A stretch of DNA of 63,909 nt, the filler included, from Folioceros fuciformis (Eukaryota): NCBI GenBank assembly GCA_049999805.1. It is 5 parts of 3 records of this genome, joined end to end, with 100 filler letters (N's around TTAATTAATTAA, not from the genome) between each part and the next. Parts side by side here need not be neighbours in the genome. Positions count along the whole stretch, not along the records: positions 1 to 28,982 come from JBNGIO010006373.1; 4 more parts are not named here. One strand, 5' to 3'. Positions 14,949 through 28,340 of this stretch are shown piece by piece (position 1 is the stretch's first letter; every line of letters begins with the position of its first letter). The notes below the pieces were generated by a model. That model worked only from the letters and a program-made list of their open reading frames with translations. It was not told the origin of the DNA and did no database searches. The position numbers were made by a program, and so were the translations under genes.

Positions 14949-16301
14949 TCATTCCTCTTCTCGATCCGAACGTCCGTGAGGGGGGATAGTACGATGAGAA
15001 GACTTGTCGACCGAAGCTTCCAAGGAAGAGGATGGGACGGCATCGGGGAACTTGAGCCAGGGATCCACCCGCAGGACGTAAGACCTCTGGAAGTCGTGGG
15101 GGCATGGGGGGAGCCACTTCCACACAGGAGGCTGCTGAGATAGATCACAGGCAACGCCCAGAGATCTGGAGAATATGTGTAGACTATATCCAGAAGCCAC
15201 AAACTCAAGGCAGCAGAACCACAGCTCGTCCCACCACAACAGGAAGGCGGCCTCTCCCTTCGCGGCCTGCCGATCCGGAAGCAGCTGCCTGAACATCTGC
15301 TCTGGCATCCTCTCCACCAACACCCATGTCATCCACGTCTCCTTAAACTCCCATATGAGAAGCGAAACCATGCCAGCAATGAGCGACCCGAAGAGAACCA
15401 GACAGAAGAGCCTGCCATCGATGCTCTGCAGGGAGTGCACCACCCGATGAAACAAGCTGTCCTCAAACTGACCCGGCCACTGCACGGGCAGCGGCAGCCA
15501 GTCTTCCTTCCCTAGGTCATGAAAAACCATCTGCTCCAGCTCCTCGCAAAGCCAGCACAGACCCCCGGCCCACATAGCAGCCGGCACCCCGGGTCCCTCC
15601 CGCAGCGACGTGACCGGGGAAGGAGCCTCTATCCGCCTCCACCATCCACCCGCCCTCGACGAATCGAAAACCCAAAACTCACTGCTCGTCCCACCACCCT
15701 CCGAACCCGAACCCGAGCCCGAGCCGGATCCCGAACCCGCCGCGACTGCTCTAGAGCAGACCCCGATGAGCTTGAAGTGGCCAGTACCCTCGTCCGCCAG
15801 CACTCCCCGCACGGTGCTGATCGGAGCCGGCGGGCGGGGAAGATCATACCTGGCTCCCGTGAGCGGATTCACCAGCGAGATGCTCCCGGCGGGCTGGCAG
15901 CACACCACACCTCCCACAACGCCTCCCACGGCCGACTGCGACCACCTTACGCCCTCATGCAGCCATCGGGCGAGCTCGATACTGTGCCAGGCGGCCTGCG
16001 CCGGGTCGTAGAGGCATGCCTTCTGCTCCCCTGACAAGCCTCGTCCTATCACCAGCAGCCAGGACTCGTCCTCGCACGCCGCGCCCCTGCCCGGTCCGCC
16101 TTCTTCCTGCTCCGGCAGCGCCCCTCGCAGCTCCTTCCTCCTCTCCTGCACAAAGCTGGGGTTGTGTATCACCCTGCGCCACGCCTTGCACACCAGACGA
16201 GATTGGAAGACGCTTGCAACCGGCAACCGCGCCAGGATCTTGGCTACCATCTCTATGGGAAGCTCCGCGCACGGCATTGAGCTGCCGCCGTCCTTCCCCA
16301 T
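14949..16301 (-). CDS. Intronless F-box protein (F-box plus beta-propeller/FBA-like region)
   Basis: F-box LPIEMVAKILARLPVASVFQSRLVCKAW, then LYDP..W and LVNPLTG repeats; 450-aa ORF. Confidence 0.88.
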   Translation of the reverse strand: MGKDGGSSMPCAELPIEMVAKILARLPVASVFQSRLVCKAWRRVIHNPSFVQERRKELRGALPEQEEGGPGRGAACEDESWLLVIGRGLSGEQKACLYDPAQAAWHSIELARWLHEGVRWSQSAVGGVVGGVVCCQPAGSISLVNPLTGARYDLPRPPAPISTVRGVLADEGTGHFKLIGVCSRAVAAGSGSGSGSGSGSEGGGTSSEFWVFDSSRAGGWWRRIEAPSPVTSLREGPGVPAAMWAGGLCWLCEELEQMVFHDLGKEDWLPLPVQWPGQFEDSLFHRVVHSLQSIDGRLFCLVLFGSLIAGMVSLLIWEFKETWMTWVLVERMPEQMFRQLLPDRQAAKGEAAFLLWWDELWFCCLEFVASGYSLHIFSRSLGVACDLSQQPPVWKWLPPCPHDFQRSYVLRVDPWLKFPDAVPSSSLEASVDKSSHRTIPPHGRSDREEE

Positions 16302-17188
16302 CCCGCTACACCGGCCCGGCCCGGACCGGACCGGCCTTCCTCCTCACCCCGCCCTGCCCCCAACTCAGGAGTGGGTGATGGATCGAATACTCGGCCAGCC
16401 GGCCAGACAACCAGCCCCCAAACAAACCCCGCAAGTCCGTACGCCAGAAAATGGCGGGAACCTCACTGCTCTGGGCCCTTCCTGGCCCCTGCCTGCGTCG
16501 CACCGGCCGGGCAGGCCTTCTGCATTCCGGCTCCTCCCTCATGACGTGGCATTCAAAAGTGCTTTGGGACCCGAAGCCATTTTGAATGGCAGACGCGAAG
16601 CATCGTAAAACTTCGTGTATCTTCCGAGGGCAAAGCCCCGGGGTTTGTGCAGGACAAATGGCGGGAACTTTGCTGCTCAAAGGCCTCATCCAGCTGCATT
16701 TTCCAGGGGGCCCGGATCTGCCGTCTGTCCGTCTGGCAGCGGCCTAGGTGCTCACATGGTTAGGCCTTGTTTGAATCCGGAAAGTGGCAAAGAGATGGTG
16801 ATCTTGCGGCGTAACAGCTCTTGGAATTGTGTGTGCTTGTCGGGGCTTTCGGGGTAGATAGATGCGTAGGGATTCTACCGTGTTGGGTAGTGCCATCGAA
16901 CTGCGCATTGCTTCGGCTAGATGGACCCGACGGCTAGCTACGGAATCTAAATGCGGATAATCTGTGGGCTTAAATTTCGCGGTGGTGGTTCAGGCCGCTG
17001 GCCATGGCCCCTCCAGACAATGCCGGACCTATGTACGGCATGCATGAGGAGAGGTTAATTTCGGAGATTCTCGCCGCCGGCAAAGTCCTCTGTCTTCCCG
17101 ACGCGTTGGGCTCATAGGCCGTTGGACTGTGGGCGGAAATGTGGAAAATGTGCGGGGATGTTGGCCGTGGTGTGAACAGGACTGCAGT

Positions 17189-20100
17189 ATGGCACTCCGG
17201 GGGCATGAGAGCTTGGTGAGATTAGTGGGAAGGAGGAGACGGCTGATCTCAACTGTTCACCATGTTGGCCCTGATGAGCAAACTCCTTCCGATGAGCATG
17301 GATTGGTAGATTTGCTCACACACTGTTCTCTATTTCTGAAGGACCTGCGCATAGTGAACTTGAAGGGCAGACTGAATTCTGATGTTGGGGCCCCGCATGA
17401 CCTTGTTCAGGTGCCATTGTTTATGGAAGGCGAATCTTTGGTGGAGCGCGGACCTCAGAGATCAGACAAGGAAGCAATTGGCAGGAAGGAGGAGTACGGG
17501 GAATGTGTTCAGTGTCCTGTATGCTCCAAAGGCGTCCGCAGCTGGGCTATCAACGATCACTTGGGTTTGGACTGCGCTGTAGACTCGTTTCTTGTGTTTG
17601 TGTTGCACCCTTCCTTATCCTTCCTTCCGCCTGCAGATTCTTGTCTCGGAGGCACCAAGAAACGGAAATGTACGCAGTCAACGCTTTCTCGTTTTGCCAC
17701 GACGAGTGTCAATGCCGCGGAATGTGTCGTCAAGTTTACTGCCTGTAACGGAACTGCCTTCAGTCATACTGCATCTTCAACACCAAGAAGCATGTCAATA
17801 GCAGTCAAGGTCAGAGCTGCCGAGGTATTGAAATTGTCGGATCCAGACAAGCAGGAAAATCAGATATCTAGTGTTTATGGGAGTGTGGCTGGGCAGATCA
17901 CTGCACATGTTGACCACGGATGTAGCACAATCAGCTCTAAGGTGCCAGCCACAAGTCCCCTACATGTAAGGGGCTCCGAGAGCAGTGCAAATCTGGAAGA
18001 AGCAGACATATCCAATTCTGCACGCCACTGTAGTTGCATCTGCCATAGTAATTGGCAGGCAGACGCTGGGAATGAAGAGATACGGGCGTTGCGAAGTGAA
18101 CCAGATGATATGTTGTGTTTTGGTGTATTGTGCTCTCGCATTGTTGGTCGACGATTTAGACGTGGAGTCCAAATAGGAAAGGGGATGCTTGTCGTACTTC
18201 GCAGAGAACCAGACAATACACAGGATGCCAATGCTATTGAGGTACAGCGTTGAAGTTGTTTTGGATCAAAGTTTCAGCCTCAATTATAGAGTATGTGATC
18301 TCTTTTAGGTTCCATATTCATGCCCGCTGTGCTTGAGATTCAGGTTGTGCCTTCAGCCTCTCCTGAAGGTCCTGCCTTGGGACACGTACCCAGAGAGCTT
18401 GCCGTACATCTTGCGCCCCTTATGGACAAGTTCAACTTGGACATCCAGGTAGTTCTTTGAATTGGTGGAATGGCACTTCAGTTCTTGTGAAGCCAGTACT
18501 TGTACTTCTGTCGCTGGAGTCCTGAACTTTATGGTGATAAGCGCCTAACATAAACTGTTGCGAATTTCCGGTTTCCTTTTGTCAACTGAAGCGTAGATGT
18601 TCAGGGTACTGTGACAGGTGTACCAGATCAAATGTACAAGAGTGTACCAGTCAGTCTTCTACTCAAGTCTGTGTGTGGAGGAGGCCCTCAGGCAAGAGAA
18701 GATCTTGAAGCAAGCTGGCAAAACGTTTTATGCGCTGCAGGTGTAGCGAATAGTGAGCAGCAAATTGTGCAAAGGCGGGTCTCGAAATATCAAGAGAACT
18801 TCCTTTATTTACTTGATAAAGTGCTGGAACAAGATTCTCACTTGTTTTCAGAGAAGGAGAGAGCTTTTTTAGGTGATGGACTCGTTCAGCGAGCAGTTCG
18901 TATCCTAAGAGCAAATGCTGCTCTGCTTCATGCTCAATTACTCTGAGCTCATTGTATTGGTTGTTGTGCAGGATCTTTCTCAAGTTTGTCAGATGATGCA
19001 CAACGACTCTTTCTACGACTCTATCAACGAAAAGGTATATCTCATGTTGCACTGGTCTTGGACTGCAAACATTTTGTCGCCTAACTCTTTGCACAACCAA
19101 CTGCAGGTCCCTGGTTTCGTATTTGTAACATGGCGTATGTGGACATAGGGGATGTCAATTTAGCAAGTCAAAGCCTTCTTGGTAATGCTCTGAAGGTGCT
19201 TTTCCTTCTTGGTCGAACAGGATTGCCTTTCCCTAATTCCTTAACAAGCCTTCCTTCATCTTGAAGATGCAAAATATTTCACAACAGCTGATTTCTCGTA
19301 TGATGAGGGATGTAATGAGTCTGGCCTTCGGGAGAGGTTGGAAGTTTTGAATGTTCCTGAATTGAGGAAGTTACTGAGCTCTGCCCAAGTGAAGGTTAGC
19401 ACACTCGTCAATGAGGTTGATCTCAATTGAGTCATTTGGCAGAAGTTTTCTTAAGTTGAAATTTGAAGAGTAAATCTACTGTATGTGCTGTAGCAGACAA
19501 AAAGCGAGGCTGCGTTGGCTAAGCGAGAGGAGCTCATCAATGCAGGAGTAGCTGCAGCACTGCAAAAGCAAAGCTGTATTTCAGATGGCCAAAAGTGAGT
19601 GCAAAAGGGAATAAAATATGGAGTGGGACTATGCAGATTTTTGCCTTTCTTAGGCCTTCAAACAGGTCGCATTACATCCTGTGCAGAACTGTGGACTTCA
19701 TGAACTTGGTGTTAAAAATCACGGGGACCTGTGTACGCCTTGCTGACACTGCTAGTTTCTTGCTGTGGCGGTTACAGGTATCCTGTGAGGCACTGGTGTT
19801 ATGTTCTGCTGTACTCATTTCGGCTGTCCCGGTGACTCATTGTGGTGTTTGGCAGAGGCTTTTTTTCCTAGATGGAGGGCAAGAGCTATCCTCGTTTCTT
19901 TTGGTGGATATGGGTGTTCTCAAATACCCATCATATAAATGTCAACGTACTCAGCACGTTTTTCTGACGAGGGATGCGCTTGTTTGCTACGAGCAGGTTG
20001 TGTCGATTTTTCTTTCTGAGGTCGTGCCGTCCGCGTGTGTAAGTCCACCGGAAGATGTTTTTGTTGACGTGTTTTTGTCCGTAACATGAGCAGGCTTTAG

Positions 20101-21636
20101 AAGTGGGCCAAGCAATGGACATGGCGTTGGAGTCGAATGACTCACAAGCTGCTTCAGATCTTCTCAAGACGGCAGTGAATGAGCTCCAATCCGGCCAAGA
20201 TGTGTCGGCTGATATCAGCAATACTTTTCTTGCACGATTTTCAGCAGTCTGGGTGTATGCTACTGTTTGCACCTTAGGTGTTTCCCTCCTCGAACGTGAA
20301 AAAAGGTATTACCTTGCCCGCTTTGCTAGTCACTGGACTGCCAGTCGGACGTGCGCTGTGCCCCTCATGCAATTTTGACATTCAGGTATGCAGAAGCTTT
20401 GAAGATTCTAAGACTTCTGCTGAGTAAGAGGTGTTGCCCTGGACGACGAGGCTACTGGACTGTGAGGTTGTCAACGGACTTGGAACATCTGGGTCGCAAG
20501 GAAGAGAGCTTGCAGGTCGCTGAACAAGGCGTGAACGACCCCTTGATTCGACGGGGTGACTGTGTGTCATTACAGCGGCGTGTTATGCGCTTGGGGAAGC
20601 CTCCAAGGCGGTGGAAAAGACCACCATATGCTGATGCTCTGGAAAGAAAATGCACAGAAGTAAGTTTTATAAATGTGATCCGTGCTACTCGAGAGTAGGG
20701 ACTAAGCCTGTAATTATTCTCTCATCTTTGTGTCATCTTCCTGTCGTTGTATCAGGTTCAGATCCGCGGCAGGCCACTGAGATCAGTGATTGGTGTGAAA
20801 AGCAGGTTCTATGGTTTCGATGGTTACCAATGTGGGGTTGAAGAACTTGCCCTCCAGTTTTACGCTGGAGATCTAGGTGGTGGATGGCATGGTGTGCACT
20901 CGGAGGGGGGTATATGGATGACTTTCTTCGGCATATTAATGTGGGACGTGCTCTTCGCTGACATACCTAATGTGTTCCAAACACCATTCCAGGTACCTCG
21001 TTTTTCGCTCTCCTTGGGCGGCTTTCTTCCATGTGGACGTCTTTCATGCTGATGGGCTACAAACATTTTCAGACTGCGCCTTTGGACCTGGACACCGAGT
21101 CATTCTACCCAACGAGAGAATCAATGATCGAAGAGAGGCTAGATGTCCTCCGCACACAAGACGTGGCCCACCTTGTGGCAGAATCATGGAACTCCCACTA
21201 CGGTACCCTGTGTACAGGCGTAAACTGGGAGCGCCATACACTCACAGAACTCCAGACCATCGCTGAGTGCATCGGGGGAAGAGGTCTCGCTGCCATCTGC
21301 AAGCTTCTGGCAGAAGACCACAAGGGGTTGAGCGGGGGAATGCCAGACCTCCTGCTATGGCGTAAGCCTCAACAGGAAGCCAATACTCATGACAACTCTT
21401 GCTCCAAATGCAGCTGTTCCTCATCCGGGACCGGGCACAGCCGCCTAAGGACCCACGGCGAGGCCAAGCTAGTGGAGGTGAAGGGCCCCCGGGATCGGCT
21501 CTCGGAGCAGCAGCGCGCCTGGATCCTCATCCTCTCAAACGCTGGCCTCAACGTTGAAGTCTGCAAAGTCCTGGAGAATCTTGACGAGGACGTGAAGCTG
21601 GTTCGGACTATTTCCTCCAACGTGTACAGCCTGTGA
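17189..21636 (+). CDS. FAN1: Fanconi-associated nuclease 1 homolog (UBZ zinc finger, HIRAN, VRR-NUC), multi-exon
   Basis: N-terminus GHESLVRLVGRRRR as in plant FAN1. CPVCS..INDHL UBZ, HIRAN (LRREPDNTQDANAI), VEELAL..GWHGVHSEGG, and PD-(D/E)xK nuclease GMPDLLLW...LVEVKGPRDRLSEQQRAW. Confidence 0.93.
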
Positions 21637-22482
21637 TTTCCTTTGATCAGGTCAGCAATCACCTTCCCTCCAGTGCCGGGTCAGGGTTGTTTGTCAATTT
21701 GCTCAACCCCGTCCATGAGCTAATCGCGTAATTGCGATTGCTGGGAACCGTGGGTTGTGACGGGTGCAAGCACTGCGCCAGCGAATGTGCCTCTCTCCTA
21801 TCATTGGCTGGTGCAGGCCCGTGTTGCTCAGTCGCGGCTGGCCTCTCTCTTCTGCACTAGCCGCCGTGGCGAAACTGTCGCCCCAGCCATTAACCCCTAG
21901 TAGCAGGGCCGCAGCTTGTGGATGCCACTTGTCATCCTGTTTCTGGGTGTATGACCAAGGAGTTGCGCCCGTGGCCCGCCCCCTCGCGCCGGCCCTTGTG
22001 CCTACGTAGATGCCACGCACTTTGGCCCGTTCTAGTGCTTTTATTTATGTACACCGCTCTTCGTCAGACCAGAGTTCCTCACGGAGATATGTGATCCAAA
22101 CATGCCCAGAGGCTGCAATAATGTAGGCTGTGGGGCCCGCGCTGCGGCCAGCACCGGGACCCGGTCCTGCTGCGCGGTAATTGTGGCGTCGTAGCTGTCC
22201 ACGACATGTGACTGAGTTTCTCTTTTTGCCTTCTCTCTCTAGGGCCTAATAAGTGCCTCTCAGTCTCACGGGCAGACAGATCACGAAGGTCAGGTCTGGC
22301 TTCAGTTGCATTCCCTGTGGGAATTGCAGGGGAGTCTGATCGCGGAGCAACTTGAAGAAAATCCTCCGATGTGAGCTCGCATTCCCTTGCTCTAGTGCTT
22401 GGAGTTGTCTGGTTGGTCTGGTTGGAAATCTTGGCGGGCGTCAGTATTGATCCTTGCTTTTGGTTGGCTGGTAGATCGCACC

Positions 22483-24296
22483 ATGGCTTGGGCGATGGCG
22501 GCGTCTGTCATCTCCACTGCGGTGATGTTTGGTGTTGCTGCGGAAGAGGCTGGAGCTGTGGAGACTGCCCCGGGTTTCACCTTTTCAACGCAGAAGGTGC
22601 AGGCGTTGCTCCTTGGGCTGTTCGTGGTGGTGGTGGGAGGGATTTTGGTCTCCACGTCTTCGCAGAAGAAGCTTAAGCTGCCCCCGGGCCCGGCAGCGGT
22701 TCCCATCTTCGGCAACTGGTTGCAGGTTGGAGACGACTTGAACCACAACACGCTGCTGTCATGGGCGAAGAAGTTCGGGGACTGTTTCTTGTTGCGGATG
22801 GGGCAACGAAACTTGGTGGTGATCTCGTCCCCGGAGCTGGCGAAGGAGGTGCTCCACACCCAGGGAGTGGAATTCGGGTCGCGCACAAGGAACGTGGTGT
22901 TCGATATCTTCACCGGCAATGGACAGGACATGGTGTTTACTGTCTACGGCGATCACTGGAGGAGGATGAGGCGGATAATGACTGTTCCCTTCTTCACCAG
23001 TAAGGTCGTGTCCACTCTGCGGGAGAGGTGGGAGAGGGAGGTGGACATCACCTTGGCCGACATCAAGAGTATGCAGGGAGCTAGTACCACGGGAATTGTG
23101 ATCAGGAGGCGCTTGCAGCTCATGATGTACAACTTTATGTACCTCATGATGTTCGATCGGAGGTTTACGGGTGAGGATGACGAGGTCTACAACAAGCTCA
23201 AGGTGTTGAACGCGGAGAGGAGCAGGCTGTCTCAGAGCTTCGAGTACAATTATGGGGATTTCATCCCGATTCTGAGGCCGTTTCTAAGGAAGTATTTGAA
23301 CCACTGCCGGTACATCAAGGAGAAGCGTCTCGGGCTCTTCAAGGATTACTTCCTTGATGAACGCAAGTAGGGGTTCCTCTTCAGGAGTGGTTGGCTTTTG
23401 CCGCAGCTCGTGGCTTTGGGACCTTAAACTTTGTTGGGTTTGCTGACCGGTGAGACTTTGACCTCCAGGAGGTTATTGAGTACCAAGGGAGTGGCCACTG
23501 AGAAGCTGGGGATGGACCACATCTTTGACGCCGAGAGAAATGGAGAGATCAACGAGGACAATGTGTTGTATATTGTCGAGAATATCAACGTTGCCGGTGG
23601 GTGTTGTGTACTGGAGCAAGCTGCATCCCGTGTGGTTGTTGCATTGACTGGTTTTAGTGTCTGACTTTCGTGAGTTGTGCCTCTTTCGCTGCAGCCATCG
23701 AGACGACTCTGTGGTCCATGGAGTGGGGTATTGCTGAACTGGTGAACCATCCCCACATTCAGACCAAGTTGAGGAATGAGCTTGACGCCGTGTTGGGTAA
23801 AGGGGTCCTTGTTACCGAACCAGACTTCGCGAGTGGAAAGCTGCCTTACCTGTCTGCCGTCGTGAAGGAAACTCTCAGGTTGCACATGGCTATTCCTCTT
23901 CTGGTGCCCCATATGAATCTTCACCAAGCGAAGCTCGCTGGCTATGACATCCCCGCTGAGAGCAAGATTCTCGTCAACGCCTGGTGGCTCGCCAACAACC
24001 CAGCAACTTGGAAGAAGCCAGAGGAGTTCAGGCCTGAGAGGTTTTTGGAGGAGGAGAAGGGTGTTGAAGCCAATGGGAATGATTTTCGGTTCCTCCCCTT
24101 CGGAGCGGGTCGGAGGAGTTGTCCTGGAATTATTCTGGCCTTGCCACTTTTGGGACTTGTGTTGGGAAGGTTGGTGCAGACATTCGAGCTGCAGACGCCT
24201 CCAGGCGTGGACAAGATCGACCTAACTGAGAATGCGGGCCAGTTCAGTCTGAGAATCCAAAATCATTCGACCGTGGTCGCGAAACCTCGACCGTGA
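22483..24296 (+). CDS. C4H: Cinnamate 4-hydroxylase, cytochrome P450 CYP73A; exons 22483-23366, 23469-23596, 23695-24296
   Basis: [57 protein letters not shown]-helix, ETLR, PERF and heme motif [10 protein letters not shown]. Two introns at the typical CYP73 positions. Confidence 0.97.
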
Positions 24297-25564
24297 GGTT
24301 AACGTGTCCTGCTTGACTAGGTTAGGGTGTTAGTGTTTCGTTTAGAGGTTTGCAGAAGAACTCATTCTAGTNNNNNNNNNNNNNNNNNNNNNNNNNNNNN
24401 NNNNNNNNNNNNNNNNNNNNNNNNNNNNNNNNNNNNNNNNNNNNNNNNNNNNNNNNNNNNNNNNNNNNNNNTTCTAGTAGTGAACTCATAACAGGTTACC
24501 TGTTACCTCGAGAATGGACATGACTGAAGGTGATATTTCAACTTTAGGTTCAAATGTGAATGCTTTGCCCAATCAATTCACTTACGGCATGTGATGGCTG
24601 AAGCTTGTGTGACTGCTTGTCAATCGCAGTACAGCTCAAAATCCAAGGAGTTATTTATCGTGAACGGAGAATCACGTGGGACACATGAGTTAATAGACTT
24701 TTTTACATAAGCTATCCCTTCCACATCCTCACACTTCTGAACACTTTTCACTACCAAAATCCCTTAATGATATTTCTGTTCTGAACATTGTTTTATAAAT
24801 TATACGAGTCACACAACACGCGTAACTGTGGACGACGATACACTAAAATAACACTCCTCCTTCATAGGCTGGTAATTCACAAATAAGTACTAATTATATA
24901 TGTAAAATAGACCACGTGAAACGTGTGAGGATCCCGACCACACAATTGATTGGAGAAAAGATGATGACCAAGAACGTTCTAGTCAAGACCTAAGCAGAAA
25001 ATTGGATCATGTCACGAACTATTCCATCGTGACAATGACTCTATTTTCAATGTAAAATCTCTTTTCTTTCCTCACCCGTGCTTCTTGGAAAGCGAGAATC
25101 TGTTGCGATGGATTCAAGTTTCTGTCTCTAGTACACCTAATACAAGTTCCAGTTTGCAATGCCAGATTCGTGTCTCCACATCGCGATCACGTTGCTCCAC
25201 GGTGAGCATGTTCGACTAGGTCCTGTCTCCTCCACTTCCTGGTCGCGACCAAAATTGCAAGAAAAAAATCAGAAAGCCCTGCCATGACCATGGTTTGCGG
25301 CTTAGGCCTAGCCTCCATTACGTCGGAAGTCAGGCGTTGGTGTTTAACTCTTCCAGCAGTCCAGATTCCGGGAGCAAATCGGCTTCAACGCGCAATTGCG
25401 CAACCCCTCTACGTAGGGGCGTTTTCGACCTTACGAGTATCATGTACTGTAACGACCAGAACTGTTGTCGTTACTGGGCAGCAACCCATCGAAATCAGCT
25501 TACGCCATCCTCGCGAAGGCACATCGGATACTGCGGTTTGTGGACAGATTTCCTGAGGAGCCAG

Positions 25565-28340
25565 CTACGGCTTGGTCGCCCACCTAAACTGTAACCAATG
25601 AAACAATGAAGATATCGTTAGAGGAAAATTGGAGATCACAAACGTCATCAGTAGTGCATAGGGGTGCACACGAATTTCAGAACCTCCAGCAGGCCGGTCG
25701 GAAAATTTCAGCTGTCGACCCGTTTCGGACCGCTGTTTCCGATAATTCCGTGCGGATTTGATACCCATCACGGCAGCTCCAGCCATTACGACAACTCCAA
25801 CGATGGTCCGGATTAAAGCCGTTGAACGTCTGGGAGCAGCGCAAGGCTTGTCGGCACTCGCATAACACGGGTCTTCATCAACTGTGCTGCTGCTCTCAAC
25901 ACTTGAATCACAAACTGATGACTGTGTGTCTTCTGAAGACACAAGGCTACTTGAAAAGCATGACAGAAGTGCATCATACTTATCACTGGCCCTCATAGAA
26001 CATAAAAAGCAGTCTGCACAGGATCCAGCTTGTAGGCGCTCTCTGATCTCAGCCTCCACATCTGTACATCCATTTGGGTCAGGATTTTCGAACGTGACAT
26101 ATTTTCCCTATTCTGGGATTCAGAGATACTCCCAAACCGACACATACGGCAATCCCCAAAGGTGATTGAAGTGATTATCTTATCTATACGTCACAAAGTT
26201 ACCAGTTCGTGTGCGGTGGGAGGACCCACAGACGTCCCTGTGTAGACCGCTTGACGGTGCACTACGAGCATCCCACATTGAGGCTGTCACCTGCCGTCAA
26301 GTTAGGGGAACGGGTTGGATCAGATTTCGTGCAGCCAGCTTAGGGTGGACATCATAAGTTAAATGAGCTTCTGCGAAGAACACATGTAACAAGGGCTTAC
26401 GCGACATTGCTGAGGCCATGAAAACTCAGCGGCTGTTTCCTTCGTGGACAAAACACCTGCAGGGACAATGTGTTCTCCATCTTTTGACGATGTTAGCAGA
26501 CACAACGAGAACTTCCTAAGTTGACAGAGGAGTCTGTGTGACAACCCTGTCAGAAAGAAGGCAGCAGCGTGCATGCAATCCAACTTTTCTGTCCTAATGT
26601 GTTCCTGGTTCTGTCCTGGAGTGTACAAAATGTCGAAAGTACCGAGAAATACATCAGGATACTGTTGTAAGCACGCATGATGATGTTATGTTATGTTATG
26701 CTATGTTATGGGTACAGAATAGGAAGAATTACCGAGAAGCCTGTCTTCCAATTGGTATGGAACAACCACGTTGGTAAGCTTTGCATTCAACTCACAGAGA
26801 ATAGATTCCACGTCCTTCAGGAGCTGAACCTGCAAACGTTCCCAATCAAACAAGAGCCTGAACAAGAATCCATACCGCAAGTTTGAAGAAGCCAGTGAAT
26901 CGAAAAAACAGTTATACCTCATGGGGAGGCTTGTCACAAAATTCTTCAGCCTGCGAATCAGGCATACAAAGTTAAAGGCTAAGCCTCGAATGAGCTTGCT
27001 GAGATTCATGAACATTGTTTAACTCTCCTGCCTGTTCTACGAACCTGCTCAAGACGGGCATCCAAGCTCTGCACCACAACGGGCTTGCTCTCCTTCTCAG
27101 CAAGAACAATGCTTTCATCACAGGGTAGAGCTTCAAGCCCAGGAATACTGGAAAGACAGTTTCAGAACCGATTAGAATACATACTGCAATAACAAAAAAA
27201 TACCCAGTGCAGCGATCAATTGGAAAATTGCTGATGGAATTCCTGCCAGCCGGTTTAAGTAGAATTATTATCCAAGAAGGTTTTTTTGTACCTGCATTGT
27301 TTAGGGCTCCATTGGATAACACTGACGAAATCCAGATCGAAAGGGCTTTCTTCCTGGCTGAAGGAATCGCACTGCACAGTCATCTGCAAGTTGACGGCTT
27401 ACAATGCATCAGTTGCACGTTCATGTGATCCACACAACGTATCTTTCAATGTCTCTCGAACTCGGGAACATACCTTCAATTTGGCAAGACTAGACCCGTA
27501 CTTGGAGTTTGCTGCGTACACTGGATATTCCACAAGAACTTTAAAATCCCTCTCTTCAGAGAACTGCAGGCTCATCCGAAGAGAATACGTGACTGTTGTG
27601 CGTACAAGCTCCTACGTTCAGATTCCACAAGATAACAAGGACATAGTATTGCTGACCTCCTTTAAATCCACAGCAATGTGACCAGTTAAACCAGAGCTGC
27701 ATGCCTGGAAAAGAAGGCAGGAAGAATTAGAAACATTTTTCGAGTTGTGCTGTACCAGCGCAGCATGATTCTGCAAGAGAGGAAGTCTTACCTCATCTGC
27801 CAGCACGTTGCCAAGCACGAACAGACATTTCACAGCAGACACACAGCTTGTTAGATTTCACATCACACCAGGAGCCAACCAGTGCTGAACATAAGGACCT
27901 GATTTGCATCCACCATTTCTCAGCACACTTTCAGCTAATACAGCAACAACTAGGAAGGGATGTTATCATCAAAATCCATACCAATGTAGACATGAAGCTT
28001 CCCAAAGTCCTCAGGCTTTGCACATGTCATGCGACAGCTAAGTTGCTGGTCGATTAAACACTCGTCATGTATAATGTCAAAAGATCCGATTTCATGTTGC
28101 TCAGTACCGTAAAGCACGGTGATATTCAGCTGCCGTCTTGAGCTCGACTCAGACGCTTGTACCAAAGGTGTTGGTATCCAGGAGATCAGCTGAAAATCCA
28201 GCAAAAACTGGTAGACGGGAGCCAATTGCCCTATAGCTGGATGGGTTAACCCCTCGACAACCATGGTTACAGAGTACCGTAGCAGAGCATCTCAGCACAT
28301 GATGCCTCCCTGTAATTGTCCAAGTGAATGGCTCCACCTA
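25565..28340 (-). CDS. Probable multi-exon gene of unknown function with a C-terminal hydrophobic segment; boundaries uncertain
   Basis: Series of short open segments bounded by YAG/GT sites. Last part encodes LIRTIVGVVVMAGAAVMGI followed by basic residues. No family recognised. Confidence 0.35.
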
